Below are positions 1-14,847 of a DNA stretch of 64,000 nucleotides, piece after piece (within the stretch, counting starts at the first letter, position 1; the number at the start of each line of letters is the position of its first letter). Made by a program: the position numbers and the translations under genes. The stretch lies in assembly GCF_009914755.1 (NCBI RefSeq), contig NC_060926.1, one strand, 5' to 3'. Origin of the DNA: the human T2T-CHM13v2.0 reference genome, Homo sapiens. Under the pieces are notes generated by a model that was not told the DNA's origin, did not search any database, and saw nothing but the letters and a program-made list of their open reading frames with translations.

Positions 1-75
1 TCTCCCAAATATTTTTGATTCGCAGTTGGTTGAACCCATAAACATAGAATGCACAGATACACAGAGCTGACTGTA
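1..75. mobile_element. End of TcMar-Tigger MITE (MER2-like)
   Basis: GTTGGTTGAACCC...GAGCTGACTGTA resembles a Tigger terminal repeat followed by TA. Confidence 0.5.
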
Positions 76-1117
76 TTCCTCATTAATCTGGAAGAAAAGC
101 AAGGAAAACAAACCAGCAGCAGCTGGGATAAGCTCAGTTTATGCTATTCCCTTTCTCCACACAGAAATACAGGAATCTTTGGACCACACTCAATGTCTAC
201 TCCATGTTCTTCTCAAATGTTTTATGTTGCCCACCAGCCTCATGTTTGTGGACCTCCAAGTGGTTCCTCCCAGGTGTCCCAAAGTTCTCTACCCATCCAG
301 AAGACCAAAGGATTTCCTGGGTGAATTGACTACGTACAGTCGCTGAGACTGCATAAAAGCTATCCTAATTTAGTACTAAGGTCTACCATATCATACTTTC
401 CTAACATTTGCATGAAATCACAGAGCAAAGCTTATAAAGCTATGGTGCCTACTGCTCTATTTCACATGTAGTGTTTGTGTCAGTTTCAAAGATTAACCAC
501 TGCCAAGTGTTCAGAAAACAGGCCAGGTTCCATAAAACGCTGCCACATCTCAGGTGTTGAGGCAATAATTAAAGAGAATGAACGTCAATGAACAGGTCAG
601 TAAAAGGAACAGCTGATTGTAGGGTAAAAAGCAGCTCCTTTGTGGTGAACTGGAGGAGCCATTTCTGATAGTCAAATGTCCCGGTCATTGGAGAAATGTA
701 CAGACCACATCTTTCAACCTTCCAAATTTTGGTTGAATTTGGATGGTAAATATGGGCTTTTTTACTAAGTAAACATTGTTGCCTGTAATAACTTAGCAAT
801 TGTCTACATTCATAAAGCATGAAGACAGGTAAACAAAATGATAAAAACTGAAGGTAAAATAGACAAAAGCAAAAGCACCTGGCAAAATAAAAGCTGAAAT
901 ATTCAAATATTGGTTTTCTCCTACAAGATCATGCGCCCAGACTCAGGGGCCACTGCTCCAACTGAAGTAGAGATGCTCTCCCTGTGAATCTGGCTTCTCT
1001 GGTTCAGAGGAAGTATCATGTCTGTGAAAGGTTAATTATCCTAGTAATCCTATGCCATTTTTCAAAAACTGCAAAGAAATTGCTTTATAGTTGGCCTCAT
1101 TCTGAGATGGTATTTCA

Positions 1118-2110
<993 letters not shown>

Positions 2111-2339
2111 TTACATGAAATTTATTGCTCCCACATGGAGCTCCCGAAGAATTTTGTTTACAGTTCCCCTAAAGTGTATCATCTTTTAATTATGTACTTC
2201 TTTCTCAGCTCCTAGAGTGTGAACTCTTTGATAGCAGATATTCACTCATTCAATACTTACTGAATCCGACTTTGTGCCATATCCTAGAGACTGAAGATAT
2301 AGCAGAGAACAAAACATGAAACTTATATTCCAAATATAG

Positions 2340-3085
2340 TACCCAAAAAAACCCATAAAATACAAATCTAACAGAATGTATAAGTTCTGTTTGCTAAGAA
2401 TTACAAAATACTTATTAAAGAATTCTACACAAATGGAGAGATATACCATGTTCATGAACTATAACAATATTGTTAAGATGCCAATTGTTCCAAACAGATT
2501 TACAGATATAACAAATCCCAATGTAATTTCCAGTAGGCTTGTTTGTAAAACTCGACAAGCAATTATAAAATTTACAGGGAAAAAGAAAGGTACAATTTGA
2601 AAGGCAAAAGACTTAGAACAACCAACATAATACTGAAGAACCAAGTTGGAGGACTCATACTATATGACTTCAAAACGTATCTCTGACAAAATGAATAAAG
2701 GGGATTAAAGACAATAGTCATGACCCTTTAGGTATCATCTAATATTAACGTCAAGCTGTATAACCAAAGATTAGTAAGAATAAATGAACAATAACTACAT
2801 ATTCAAACATAATCTCTTAAGCAAAATAAACTACATACACATTATATGTTTTCACTTACATCAAATATAAAACAGTCAAAACTGATTTAATGTGTTAAGT
2901 CAGAATAGTAGTTGGTTACCCCTACAGGGAAAAGTAGTGACTGAAAGGGAGCACAAGAGGGGCTTCCAGAGTATTGTTTTTGTTCTGGGTGAGTTCAGTT
3001 TGTGCAAATTCATTAAACTATATGGTTAGAAAATATATATTTTTTCTACATATATATATATAAAATACTTTTTAAAAATTTGAAA
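2340..3085 (+). mobile_element. Old L1M fragments (ORF2 remnant and L1ME-like 3' end)
   Basis: AAATGGAGAGATATACCATGTTCATG...CAATATTGTTAAGATG...GGACTCATACT resembles degenerate L1 ORF2. Confidence 0.6.
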
Positions 3086-3599
3086 AATATAGATTTATAA
3101 TCAAGAATTAAAACACAAAGATTCCATTGAGGGTAGACAGAATATACAAAGATTCAGCAGAGTTTTTAAAAAGAAAAAAAATTGTCTCTATGTACACAAA
3201 GTGCCAGATTTTGTGAGAGATACTCTTCTTTACAATCACCTGCTACTTTAATTAAGGTCATCAAGGAAGGCATCAAGGAGAAGTTGATTTTTGAGCTGAG
3301 ATGTAAATGATGTAAAGGAAACAGTCCTGTGGATCTCACATCCAATGCAGAAAAGGGATATAATGTTTTATATTGTAGAATTACCACTCTGACTGCCATG
3401 TGGAGGAGGAACTTTGGAAAGAAAAGAGTAGAAACAATAGCCAATTATGTGGCTATCATCCAAGAGGAAATATATTGGCTCTGACAAGTGTTACAGTAAT
3501 AGAAATGGTAAAAAGCATTCTAAAAGATCACAAGTTACCTAGACCAAGAGGCAAGAGCAAGATGATAAAATGTTCAAAAGCCCAATAGCAGAGAGCATA

Positions 3600-3842
3600 C
3601 AAAGTTGTTCCTCCATATTATCAGGGGACTGGTTCGAGAACTCCCTTGGATACCAAAATACCCACACACTCAATTCCTGTACTCACTCCTGGAGAAGCAG
3701 AGTGTAGAAAAAGTCAGCCCTCTGTATACTTGGGTTTTGCATTCCATGAATACTGTATTTTCCATCTGCATTTGACCAAAAAAAATCTGTATATAAGTGG
3801 ACCCATGCAGCTCAAGCCTATGTTATTCAAGGGGCAACTGTA
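3600..3842 (+). mobile_element. MER8-like Tigger MITE
   Basis: GGGGACTGGTTC...ATACCAAAAT...AAGTGGACCCATGCAG...TTCAAGGGGCAACTG-TA, ~240 bp. Confidence 0.7.
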
Positions 3843-3910
3843 ATAAGTTTAAGGAATTAAAGGATGGCCAGTATACCTCACTTACAGAGACCACGGAAGA
3901 AAGTGATTTT

Positions 3911-4237
3911 TAAAGAAAATGTGGCACATATACACCATGGAATACTATGCAGCCATAAAAAAGAATGACTTCATGTCCTTTGCAGGGACATGGATAATGC
4001 TGGAAGCCATCATTCTCAGCAAACTAACACAGGAACAGAAAACCAAAAACCACATCTTCTCACTTATAAGTGGAAGTTAAACAATGGGAAGACATGGACA
4101 CAGGGAGGAGAACATCACACACCAGGGCCTGTCAGGGGGTTGGGGGCAAGGGGAGTGAGAGCATTAGGACAAATACCTAATGCATGTGGGTCTTAAAACC
4201 TAGAAGACGGGTTGATAGGTGCGGCAAACCATTGTGA
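3911..4237 (+). mobile_element. L1PA (L1PA8/10-like) ORF2 end plus partial 3' UTR, truncated with no tail
   Basis: AAAGAAAATGTGGCACATATACACCATGG...GCATTAGGACAAATACCTAATGCATG...AAAACCTAGA. Confidence 0.85.
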
Positions 4238-5614
4238 CATAGATATATAGACCAATGGAACAGAACAAAGCCCTCAGAAATAATGCCACACATCTACAAC
4301 CATCTGATTTTTGACAAACCTAACAAAACAAGCAATGGGGAAAGGATTCCCTATTTAATAAATGATGTTGGGAAAACTGGCTAGCCATATGCAGAAAACT
4401 GAAACTGGACCCCTTCCTTACACCTTATATAAAAATTAACTCAACATGGATTAAAGACTTAAACATAAGACCTAAAACCATAAAAATGCTAGAAGAAAAT
4501 CTAGGCAATACCATTCAGGACATGGGCATGGGCAAAGACTTCAAGACTAAAACAATGTCCTGAAGTCTTTTACTGCAATGGCAGTAAAAGCCAAAATTGA
4601 CAAATGGGATCTAATTAAACTAAAGACCTTCTGCACAGCAAAAGAAACTATCATCAGAGTGAAGAGGCAACCTACAGAATGGGAGAAAAATTTTTGCAAT
4701 CTATACATCTGACAAAGGACTAATATCCAGAATCTACAAAGAACTTAAACAAATTTACAAGAAAAAATCAACCCCATCAAAAAGTGGGCGAAGGATATAA
4801 ACAGATACTTCTCAAAAGAAGACATTTATGTGGCCAACAAACACGAAAAAAAAGCTCATCATCATCATTAGACAAATGCAAATCAAAACCACAATGAGAT
4901 ATCATCTCACGCCAGTTAGAATGGCGATCATTAAAAAGTCATGGAAACAACAGATGCTGGAGAGGATGTGGAGAAATAGAAACACATTTACACTGTTGGT
5001 GGGGGTGTAAATTAGTTCAACCATTGTGGAAGACAGTGTGGCAATTCCTCAAGGATCTAGGACCAGAAATACCATTTGACCCAGCAATCTCATTACTGGG
5101 TATATACCCAAAGGATTATAAATCATTCTACTATAAAGACACATGCACATGTATGTTTATTGTAGCACTGTTCACAATAGCAAAGACTTGGAACCAACCC
5201 AAATGCCCATCAATGACAGACTGGATAAAGAAAATGTGGCACATATACACCATGGAATACTATACACCCATAAAAAGAATGAGTTCATGTACTTTGCAGG
5301 GACATGGATGAAGCTGGAAACCATCATTCTCAGCAAACTAACACAGGAACAGAAAACCCAACACTGCATGTTCTCACTCATAAGTGGGAGGTGAACAATG
5401 AGAACACATGGACAGAGGGAGGGGAACATCACACACCGGGGCCTGTCCGATGGAGCGGGGTCAGGGGAGGGATAGCATTAGGAGAAATACCTAATGTACA
5501 TGACAGGTTGATGGGTGCAGCAAACCACCACGGCATGTGTAAACCTATGTAACAAACCTGCATGTTCTGCACATGTATCCCAGAAATTATAGTTAAAAAA
5601 AAAAAAAGAAAGAA
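4238..5614 (+). mobile_element. 5'-truncated L1PA (L1PA7-like) with frameshifted ORF2 C-terminus, 3' UTR and A-tail
   Basis: ORF fragments QMQIKTTMRYHLTPVRMAIIKKS, WKTVWQFLKDL..EIPFDPAI, GTWMKLETIILSKL; G-rich 3' UTR; poly(A) from ~5595. Confidence 0.93.
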
Positions 5615-5846
5615 AGCCATTTGTTCTTTCCATAGAAGCCTTTTCTTCCCTCTACCTCTTCCCCTTAATTTAGGTTTATAAACTCCCATTTTTACCTGTT
5701 TGGAGAGTCACATTTTTCTGTGAACTCACAAGTATATTCATAAATAAAAATCTATTTTTTCTCTTGCTAATTGTTTTACAGTTTAATTCACAGGCCTCCA
5801 TACAATGAACCTAAGAGTGTAGAGGAAAAGTTTTTCTTCATTGACA
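5615..5846 (+). mobile_element. 3' part of an old ERV1-class LTR (MER34/MER39-like)
   Basis: AATAAA at ~5743 and terminal CTAAGAGTGTAGAGGAAAAGTTTTTCTT...CA resemble the recalled consensus. The 5' part is absent. Confidence 0.5.
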
Positions 5847-6287
5847 AATCATACAAGTCATCCACTTTTCTGATTTTGACGATCAACTACCTTCAAGTTG
5901 TCTTATGTTGTTTTTGTCTTTGGGATATTCATTTTCTTCAAGAAAAAAAAATTGCCTTAAAATTCTCTCCCACCCCATGACAACATAGGTAAAATCAACC
6001 CAGCTCAGCCCAGCACAGTGGTGAGCACATGAATAGACAGTACTCAGTAAGTACTAGTGAATAAATTATTTGATATCTCTTAAATCTTTCCAAATGTTTA
6101 CGTAAGAGATGTTAGAATTAATTTTAAGAGCTAGAAGAAAACTTGAAAATAATTTAGTCTAATTCTTTCATTTTAACAATGAAGGACTAAAGTTAAAACA
6201 AAAAGAAGGAAGGAGTCCCCTAACTCCCAATCTGGCACTCTATCTCTCCACACAAACTGGATTAGCAAAAGGTAATTTCAGGCCCAG

Positions 6288-6535
6288 AAAAAAAAAGAAA
6301 GAAAGAAAGAAAAAGAAGAACATTAGAAACGGAGGAAAGTTGGAAAAATAACAATAATCTGATAAGATTAAAAACAGTAATTAACAAATGATTTCATGCT
6401 GCCTGACAAACATTCTCCTAATTAACACAGACAATCTCCTCTGACCAACCAGGCTTCTTACAATATGTTTTGTTATTCCTATTTTAAAAAGAAAGAGAAG
6501 AGAGAGAGAGACAGAGAAAAAGAGAGAAAAAGAAA
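6288..6535. repeat. (GAAA)n and (GA)n purine-rich simple repeats
   Basis: A-run/GAAA at 6288-6320 and GAGAGA at ~6490-6535. Confidence 0.8.
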
Positions 6536-9500
6536 CTACCCAAATTTTGTTTTCCTCCTTAAGTCACTCTTCATTCAAATCGAAAAGAACTCTGCATAAA
6601 ACTTTACCTACATTACAGAACCAAAGAAAACTTTTAATGGAATGGAGTTCTAAACCTAAGGTACTTTAAGAAGAAAACCAGTGGCCACTAGTCTTATTCC
6701 TAAGGGATATAACATCTACCATATAGGAAATAAACATCTGATGTTACAAGGTGTTCAATAACATTTTCAAATGGTGATTATTACTGAGAACTTTTAATAC
6801 TTAAGAGATACAACATTATTTTCATTTTCTTACGTTTTGGGGAATAAATTTCTTTTCAACATTCTCATGTCTTTATTAGCAAAAGAAAAGTACATCATCT
6901 ATTATTTTTTATTTCCTTTTAGTCATTTTTTATCCACATAGAACAGCTTGTTTTATTGTTTTACCAGCTTAAAATTATTAATACACCAGAAGATTGTTAA
7001 TGATCATCTCAATTCTTTCAAGTTCAAAATTGCTTCTTCTGCCTATTCTTTCACCTCATATTTCTTGAGTACAAAAGTCCTATCTTCAAAAATATATTTA
7101 CCTGGTAAAAGAACCTTAAACAGGTAAGAAGAAATGGGAAACAGGCTTTGAAAAATAAAATAATTAGTACTTAACTCTAGAAATTTCAGACATGGTCCCT
7201 CTCTAGCAAAAGAGTAAAGATTTTCTACTCCAAAGTGTACCATCACTTCCTGCAGATGAAATGGAAGCACTACACTGAAAAGACAGTAAAATGATAAACC
7301 TACTGAAGGCAGGAGTATGTATATGAATAAGGGCAGATTCTCCTACATAAACTTTTAAATATCATAGCTGAACATGACCTGGTCCACAAAGTGTTATTAA
7401 GACAGGATCTTGGAAAGTATCAGAATGACGTATCCATTCACATAGAGACTTTATGTCTAGATTCAACAAGGTATTTTCTTTGCAGTGGTAAGTAGATTTC
7501 AAAACCAAGTCACTTCTGATATAATCTCAAGTCTATAGGAAAGGTCAAAATGAAATGTTACCAGGATTACTTTTCAAGAAAGACTCAGGATTACAAAGTC
7601 ATAAAGGTTAATCCTCTGATAGTCTGTAATAACTTGTATTTGACTTTTTTTTAATTATTTTAAACACAGATGACATTTTCAATTAAAACCATGTTCAAAC
7701 CCTGAGGTTCTCAATTTTTGAAAAACTTTAAAAATGTAGAATTGAGCTTTTAAAGGAAAATTAAGGCTTATATATAGCAGCAACATACTCAACTGACTAA
7801 AAAACCTCAATATAAAAAGAAGAAATTTCATACTCAGGTGTACATATTTCCTACCTTATAAATGAGTAAATGAAGATAATATACTCAATGTAATTGATAT
7901 GAACACAATTTTACTATTCATCTGGTAATAATAACTTTACTCAAAAGATTTTAATTATGTATCTTGCATAACTAAGCAAGGAGCACAACAAAGATGACTG
8001 TATATTCTGAATTTTATTAGATATTCTGAATATCTAAGATAATATTCTAAGATAAAACTGTAAAAAGCAAAACACTATTGCTGGAACATAAATCACATTA
8101 TTAACAGCTACCAACAATTTTTATGGGTGAATGCTTCTCAGCATGATAAATCAACATATTCATTTCATGAAGAAAAATACTGGTCCTTCCTCTGCACAGA
8201 AAATTCCTTAATGATAATATTTAAAAGAATTCCATTCTCTGAATTTCAGAGTACATCACAAAATATTGAGGAACAGAGATGCATGTGTTACTAAGGAGCT
8301 GCTTGGCCAAGTTTTTTCTTACAATTTAATAATCAACTATAGAAAAAAGAGGCAATTAGAAAATGTGATTTAGCTATCATTAATCTACATCAAAGGATTA
8401 TAATCATGTACACTGTGTGCCTTTCAAGTTATTCTCTATTATAGGTTTCACAACAGAAGTTGAGAAATCTCTTTGACGAACCAGTCCCTTATTAAAAATC
8501 AAAGGAAAGTCCTTTGCTACCATCTGTGCAACATTAACGCCTTCACTGAAGAATGATTATTTTGTAAGCTAGGAAGCATTTAGTACTATTTAAGAAAAAC
8601 AACAGCAACACAGCTATTCAAACATTCATCTTCCTCTATTATAAAAAAGTCATAGCATATATGAAACACTATGTAATCGTTACAGAAAGACGAGCATCTC
8701 TCTCTAAAGCAGAAAATAGAAAAGGAAATTGTAATACTATAAAAGCATAATCAAAGTATTTTTTTTTTTAATGTCACCAACACCGACATGTTTCACAGAA
8801 CCTGACCAGCACCTGCAAGGTCTGACTTAATATGATAGGGTTGAAGAGAAAATAAAAACTTTTAAATTTAACTCCATCAGTAAAAAGAAGATCATGTTAT
8901 AAAGGATAAGGTAAAATTATCCATAAATGGTTGTCAGCAAAATTTGACAATCTCCTCTTTAAAGTACACTGAACCAAGAAAAATCTGTTCAAGTATTTAG
9001 AAGCTCATTTTAGAAAGTATTACTACAAATTAGGCTTCTTTATCTCCAGTATACCATACACTATGTCCATGATTTGACAAGTTCTTCCTAATTGCCCACC
9101 TTAATTACAGTAATTATATATATTATAGTAAATGCAAGTAACAAGGTTCATTTGAAAGATAAATTGTGAACTACAGGGTTTTTAAAAGAGAAAATGTGAG
9201 AGATGTTCACCATTCCACTTAATTCATCATCTTCTACACATGACCATTTAACAGAATCATACAATTTTGGAGAGACAGCTTAGGAATCACTTAATCTAAT
9301 ACCCTTATCCTAATGAGATCATTTTCCAATCTCCTTACTATTATAAAGAAGACCAACTGTCATTTGTCCCCAACTATCAGTTCCTGGTATATAGTTTACC
9401 TTCTAACCTTTTAGTTCTAGAAGTACTTACTAGATAATCAATTACCACAAAGGTACTGCGTAAAATACACTGAATAGACAAACTATAAAGAAACAAAGGG

Positions 9501-9819
9501 AAATGTTCCAGAAAAAAATCTCAAATGCCCTTCAAGGCTAGTTTGTTTTGGGAAGAATTTGGGATGAAAAGTTGGGGGTCTATACAACTTATATTAAAGT
9601 AGAAAAAGCTCTACACCATGGAATTTAGAGATCTGGACAGAAGGTTATAATTCAGTATGTTTATACTCTAAATTTATTGTCATTTCCTATCAAAGTAGCA
9701 AAGAAAGATACTACCATTATAATTTTTTAAGAAGGCCTATGAATGCATAGATGTTATCATTATGAAATGAAATTATTTAAACCAAATTCTAAGAATGTAT
9801 TTTAAAATTATTTTAATTA

Positions 9820-10140
9820 GGTCAGGCACAATTAGCTCATGCCTGTAAATCCCAGCACTTTGGGAGGTCGAGGTGGGAGAATCATTTAAGCCAGGAGTTC
9901 AGGACCAGCCTGGGCAACACAGCAAGACCCTATCACCCTATCTCTTCTTAAAAAAAAAAAAATTAATTGGCAGGGTATGTGGTGGTGAGTGCCTGTAGTC
10001 GTAGCTACTTGGGAGGCTGAAGTGGGAGGATCTCTTGAACCCAGGAGTTCAAGGCTTCAGTGAGCCATGATGGCCCCAATGCACTCCATCCTGGGCAACA
10101 GAGCAAGACACTGTCTGTCTCAAAATAAATAAATAAATAA
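9820..10140 (+). mobile_element. AluJ
   Basis: Dimeric Alu with (TAAA)n tail; TSD-like ATTTTAATTA on both sides. Confidence 0.9.
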
Positions 10141-10815
10141 TTTTAATTAAGTTTAGTCTCTAGCATATAAATTAGCACTGCCAATTTTTATCCAACTCAA
10201 TTCAACAAACATAATGAATACCTACACTTCGAACCAAAAAGTTGTGTAAAATAGAAAAACAGTAAGAAATTTACAACACAACTGCCCTGTGTAGCCTGGG
10301 TCCTCAGTTTCCTTACCTACAGAATAACGGGATTAAAGATGACCTTCGTGTTCCTAAATTTCTGATTATGTGTTATCTAAACAGGGAACTTCAACTCAGT
10401 TTAATATAAGTAACGTTGAGGGCGCAGTGCTTAAGTCTGGTAAGGACTAAAATAATTATTCCTAATTATAATAAGGAAAACAAACATAAAATGGCCTTTG
10501 GGAAATTAATCAGTAGAATTATCTCTCCAATCTCCAACTCTACTTAGATGAGAAAGACCGCATTCTTAAAGGCCTCAGAAACTTGTTCTAAACTCAATTT
10601 TCCTAAATATCTTTAATGATGAAATATGAAGAAAGCATTTCATATTCCATAGTCCTCAAAATATAAATGATTCAAACATCACTAGCTAGAATAAAATTTC
10701 TGGAAAGGAGTCTATCTTACTCTTTTTTGCACCCCTATGGTATGCCATAACTGACAACGGTAAATCCATCAAGGGTTACCCTGCTCTCCATTTATCATCA
10801 TTAAAAATGTTATAT

Positions 10816-11226
10816 TGTTATAAATTGTGTTCCTCCCCCACCAAAATTCACATGTTGAGGTCCTAACCCCCCAGTAACTTAGAATGTGACTTTACTTGGA
10901 AATAAGGTCATTGCAGATGTAACTAGCTAAAATGAAGCGATACTGGAGTAGGGTGGACTCCCAACGCAATATGACTCCTGTCCTTTAAAAAGGGGGAGAT
11001 TTGACACAAACAAGGAGAAAACCATGTTAACATAATGATGGCCATCTACAAGACAAGGAGACTGGCCTAAAACAGGTTCTGTCTCACAGACCTCAACAAA
11101 GAACCAACCTTGCATACACTTTCATCTCAGACTTCCAGTGTCTGGAATTGTGAGACAATAAATATCTGTTGTTTAAGCCACTCAGTTTGTGATACTTTGT
11201 TACAGCAGTTCTAGCAAATGAATACA
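10816..11226 (+). mobile_element. MLT1-type MaLR solo LTR
   Basis: AATTGTGT...GAATGTGAC..TTGGAAATAAGG...CTGTTGTTTAAGCCAC...AATACA. Confidence 0.8.
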
Positions 11227-12615
11227 TTACTATACAGCAACTGGTGAAGAACCAAATCAAAATATCATCATAGCCACAAATCCCAAAGTAGCACTCCAAA
11301 TTTCAGTGCAAAGCCAATAATCCTAACAGACCACACACTCCTAAGAATCTAACAAAAGTCACTTTCACACAAACATGAACAGTTTTCATACTGCACAATT
11401 AACTCAAGAAGCTCACTGATCCCTTACCCACTTCAACTCTGAACACTGCCAAAGGTGCATGGGCCCTTGATTAAGAACCCCTGCACTGACCCTCGGTATC
11501 TATGTGGGGAGAGAAAGGTAGATCACACACCAATCTCTTTTAACTAGAAAATAAACATTGTCAGTACTGTCTTTAAATAAGAAGAGTTCAGATGAACTAA
11601 TGACAGAATTTTTCTTCAGTGTGTTCTTAAAAAGGTTTACAACTACAATATCATTTTTAAAAAACGGCAACTTTTAAAAATGTGTGTGTATAGTTACATC
11701 TGAAAGTAAGAAAAACTTCTGCACTACAGCACATTTTATCATAAAAGAATGGAGTTGAATACAATGATGCAGATAACTAGCTGAAGGAAAATTTTAATAG
11801 GTATAAAGTGATTTAAGTTCTAATTCTTAAAAATATGGACCTGTGGTAAGACTCAAAGTTTTTGCCACATTTATTTATTTTGTATAATCAACTTCATCTT
11901 TAGCTGACAATAAGACATCATGGCAGGATTCTAAGAACAAAAGATTTAAAAATAGAAATCTAACAATTTTATATGAGCATTATCAATCATCCATGGCATC
12001 CTGCCAGTCAAGAACAGGTTCTTCTACAAACACACACTAAAATAGCATGATCTGGTCAATAAAAAGACAACTCTAATATCCAATTATGAAGATACAAAAC
12101 ATTTTACTCTCTTTCCACAGTTAATTAGTTCTCAGCAGAAAGCACAATGGAAAGATACACAGTTAATACACAGAGTCTAAGGACAATTTAAAAAACGTTA
12201 ACCCCCACTTAAATAGAAAAGAAAATGAATATTAGATTTCTGCTCTTTCAAAATGTGCTCATCTAATTAATTCAGTCTAGAAAAGTGATCCATGGAAAAA
12301 TGTCGTATTCTATCTTGGGAAAGTGTATTTAAGTGAGTTAAGTGCTATTAAGGCCAAAATCACTATTCCATATATATTCTGCAGAAGTTATCATAAATGT
12401 AAAAAGCAGGCAATGTAAAGCAGCAAAAAAGTTCCTGGATTTACAGTCAGAAATGGGCTTTATTTCTCCAGCTTCTAGTACTAACTACACATGCGGCTGT
12501 AGGCAAGGTTATTTCACCTCTCTGGACCTTGATTTCTCAACTATAAAATAAGGGGGTTAGACTTTAATTATCTCTATGGTTCCCGTCATTTCTCAAAATG
12601 ATCTTCCAAAAAACC

Positions 12616-12741
12616 ACCGGGTGTGTCACATGCATGTACCAGGGAGGCTGAGGTGGGGGGAATCCCTTGAGTGCAGGAGTTCAAGTCCGGCTTGGACAAC
12701 ATAGAGAGACTCAATGGCTATTTAAAAAAAAAAAAAAAAAA
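12616..12741 (+). mobile_element. Alu monomer (FLAM-like) with poly(A)
   Basis: GGGAGGCTGAGGTGGG...GAGTTCAAG...A19. Confidence 0.75.
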
Positions 12742-12846
12742 CCTACAGATTTTAAAATCTGAAATACGTATTCCAGAACTCCAGATAGATGTTTTATATA
12801 CTTTATGAATATGAATTCATCAGTTTTTAACTGATGAATTTAACTA

Positions 12847-13020
<174 letters not shown>

Positions 13021-14542
13021 TTAAAATAATTAAAAAAAAAAAAAAAAGCAACCCATTCAGCAGAATTTAATTCCAAAAACTAAACAGTTTGAACAGAAAT
13101 AAATGGAGCAGAGGTTATTCTAACATACAATGGTCAATTGTAATATCCTTGTTGAATACTGTTTTAAAGAGTAAAATACATACATCAAATCTAAGGTTGC
13201 TCATGTAATTTGCTATGAAGAGACTTTACTTAGCCTGATTATTAGTCTGCATAATTTTCCCTACAAATAAATCTGTAGCTTCTAAAGGTTACAGAGATGT
13301 AACAGAAAGATAGAATGCCTAATGCATAGTAGTTGTGCATCCTAACTTTTTCTATCTTAACATTGCATGAAAATACCCAAAACTACTGCAGACACTGGGA
13401 AAGACCTTTTGTTTTGTTTTGGGACTAGTATCTCAAGGCTTTAAAGTAGCTTTTGGGAAAAGATCTTTGACTTTTTCAGACAATTTTAAAACCTGTAGAC
13501 TCAATTACCTGGGTTATCTAAGGACTAAAGTTTCAGAGTTAGAGGAGTTTTTCTAATTTTGGGGTTTATAGACCTTTTGCAAATCTGATGAAAATCTATA
13601 CATACTCATGTAAAAAGAGGGATTCACGATCCCCCCCACAAGCCCATCTGTGAATTCCAGAATAAGAATTCTATAAATCTCCTCCTTCATTGGCCTCACC
13701 AGATGGGTTCCAGTAGGACTGAGTAAGTAATGTAACAGTTGAAAAGCCACATCTTCCCCAAGCACCACAGGACATTCCTTGTCACAGGACCCAATCCTCT
13801 GTAGGCAGAGAGGATTCTTACTCAATATGAACTATCCTCAAACAAAACCTATGCCATTTCTAATTCTTGTATCCTTGGCTTCTAGCATGATTTCTGACAG
13901 AATGTAACTCAAAAAAAATTGTAAAATGAATCTGTAACCCATACCAGAGCTGGAAGAGACTTTTGGGACCATCTAATTCAAAAAATGTCACTGGGGTCAA
14001 TAAATGTCAACTTTCTTTAGCAAAGGATCTTCTGTACATTTGTTTGCTAGTAGTTAAGAACTCTAACTTGGAACCCCAACACAAAAAAATATGTAAAACT
14101 GACTACTCATGCAATTTAAATCATTTGTGCAATACTTAATTATCAGTAAAATACAATCTGAAATCAACTCATCAAGAACTACCACCTCATTTTTGGATGA
14201 AGAAAATGAGATCCAGTTATTTAAGTTACTTGTCCAGCACTGCACTAGTACTCAGATCAGACTAGTATTTTATATTTCTATAACATTTTATAAACTATTC
14301 CCAAATTATTTTATATACATTAATTTGGAATTCTGAAAAAAATGTCATTTTTCGGTGGACCTGTATAGCTCAGTGAGTATTTCTCAAATGACCCGTGTGT
14401 GATGTCATAAAATCATGCTGAGTAACAGATAAATTCAAAGTACTAGATAAACCAATGAAATTTCATGTAACAGAGTATAAAAATTTATTGATATAGTTTC
14501 AGATTCCACACTGTGATGAACCTAAAGAAAACAGCACTTGTT

Positions 14543-14847
14543 GGCCAGGCATGGTGATTCATTCCTGTAATCTCAGCACTTTGGGAGGCCGAGACAAGAG
14601 AATCGCTTGAGCCCAGGAGTTCAAGACCATCATGGGCAACATGGCAAAACCTTGTCTCTACAAAAAACTACAAAAATTAGCCAGGCGTGGTGGGGCGCAC
14701 CTGTAGTCTCAGCTACTCAGAAAGTGAGATTGGATGATCACCCGAGCCAAGAAGTTGAGGCTGTAGTGAGCCATGATCGCGCCACTGCACTCCAGCCTGG
14801 GTGACAGAGTGAGACTCTTGTCTTCACAAAAAAATAAAAATAAAAAA
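14543..14847 (+). mobile_element. AluJ inserted in an older hAT-Charlie-like fragment
   Basis: Dimeric Alu; TSD AGCACTTGT on both flanks. Confidence 0.9.

Noticed and set aside
4828-5552. ORFs with L1 ORF2 C-terminal similarity
   Set aside because: Frameshifted remnants of a 5'-truncated L1; not functional genes.
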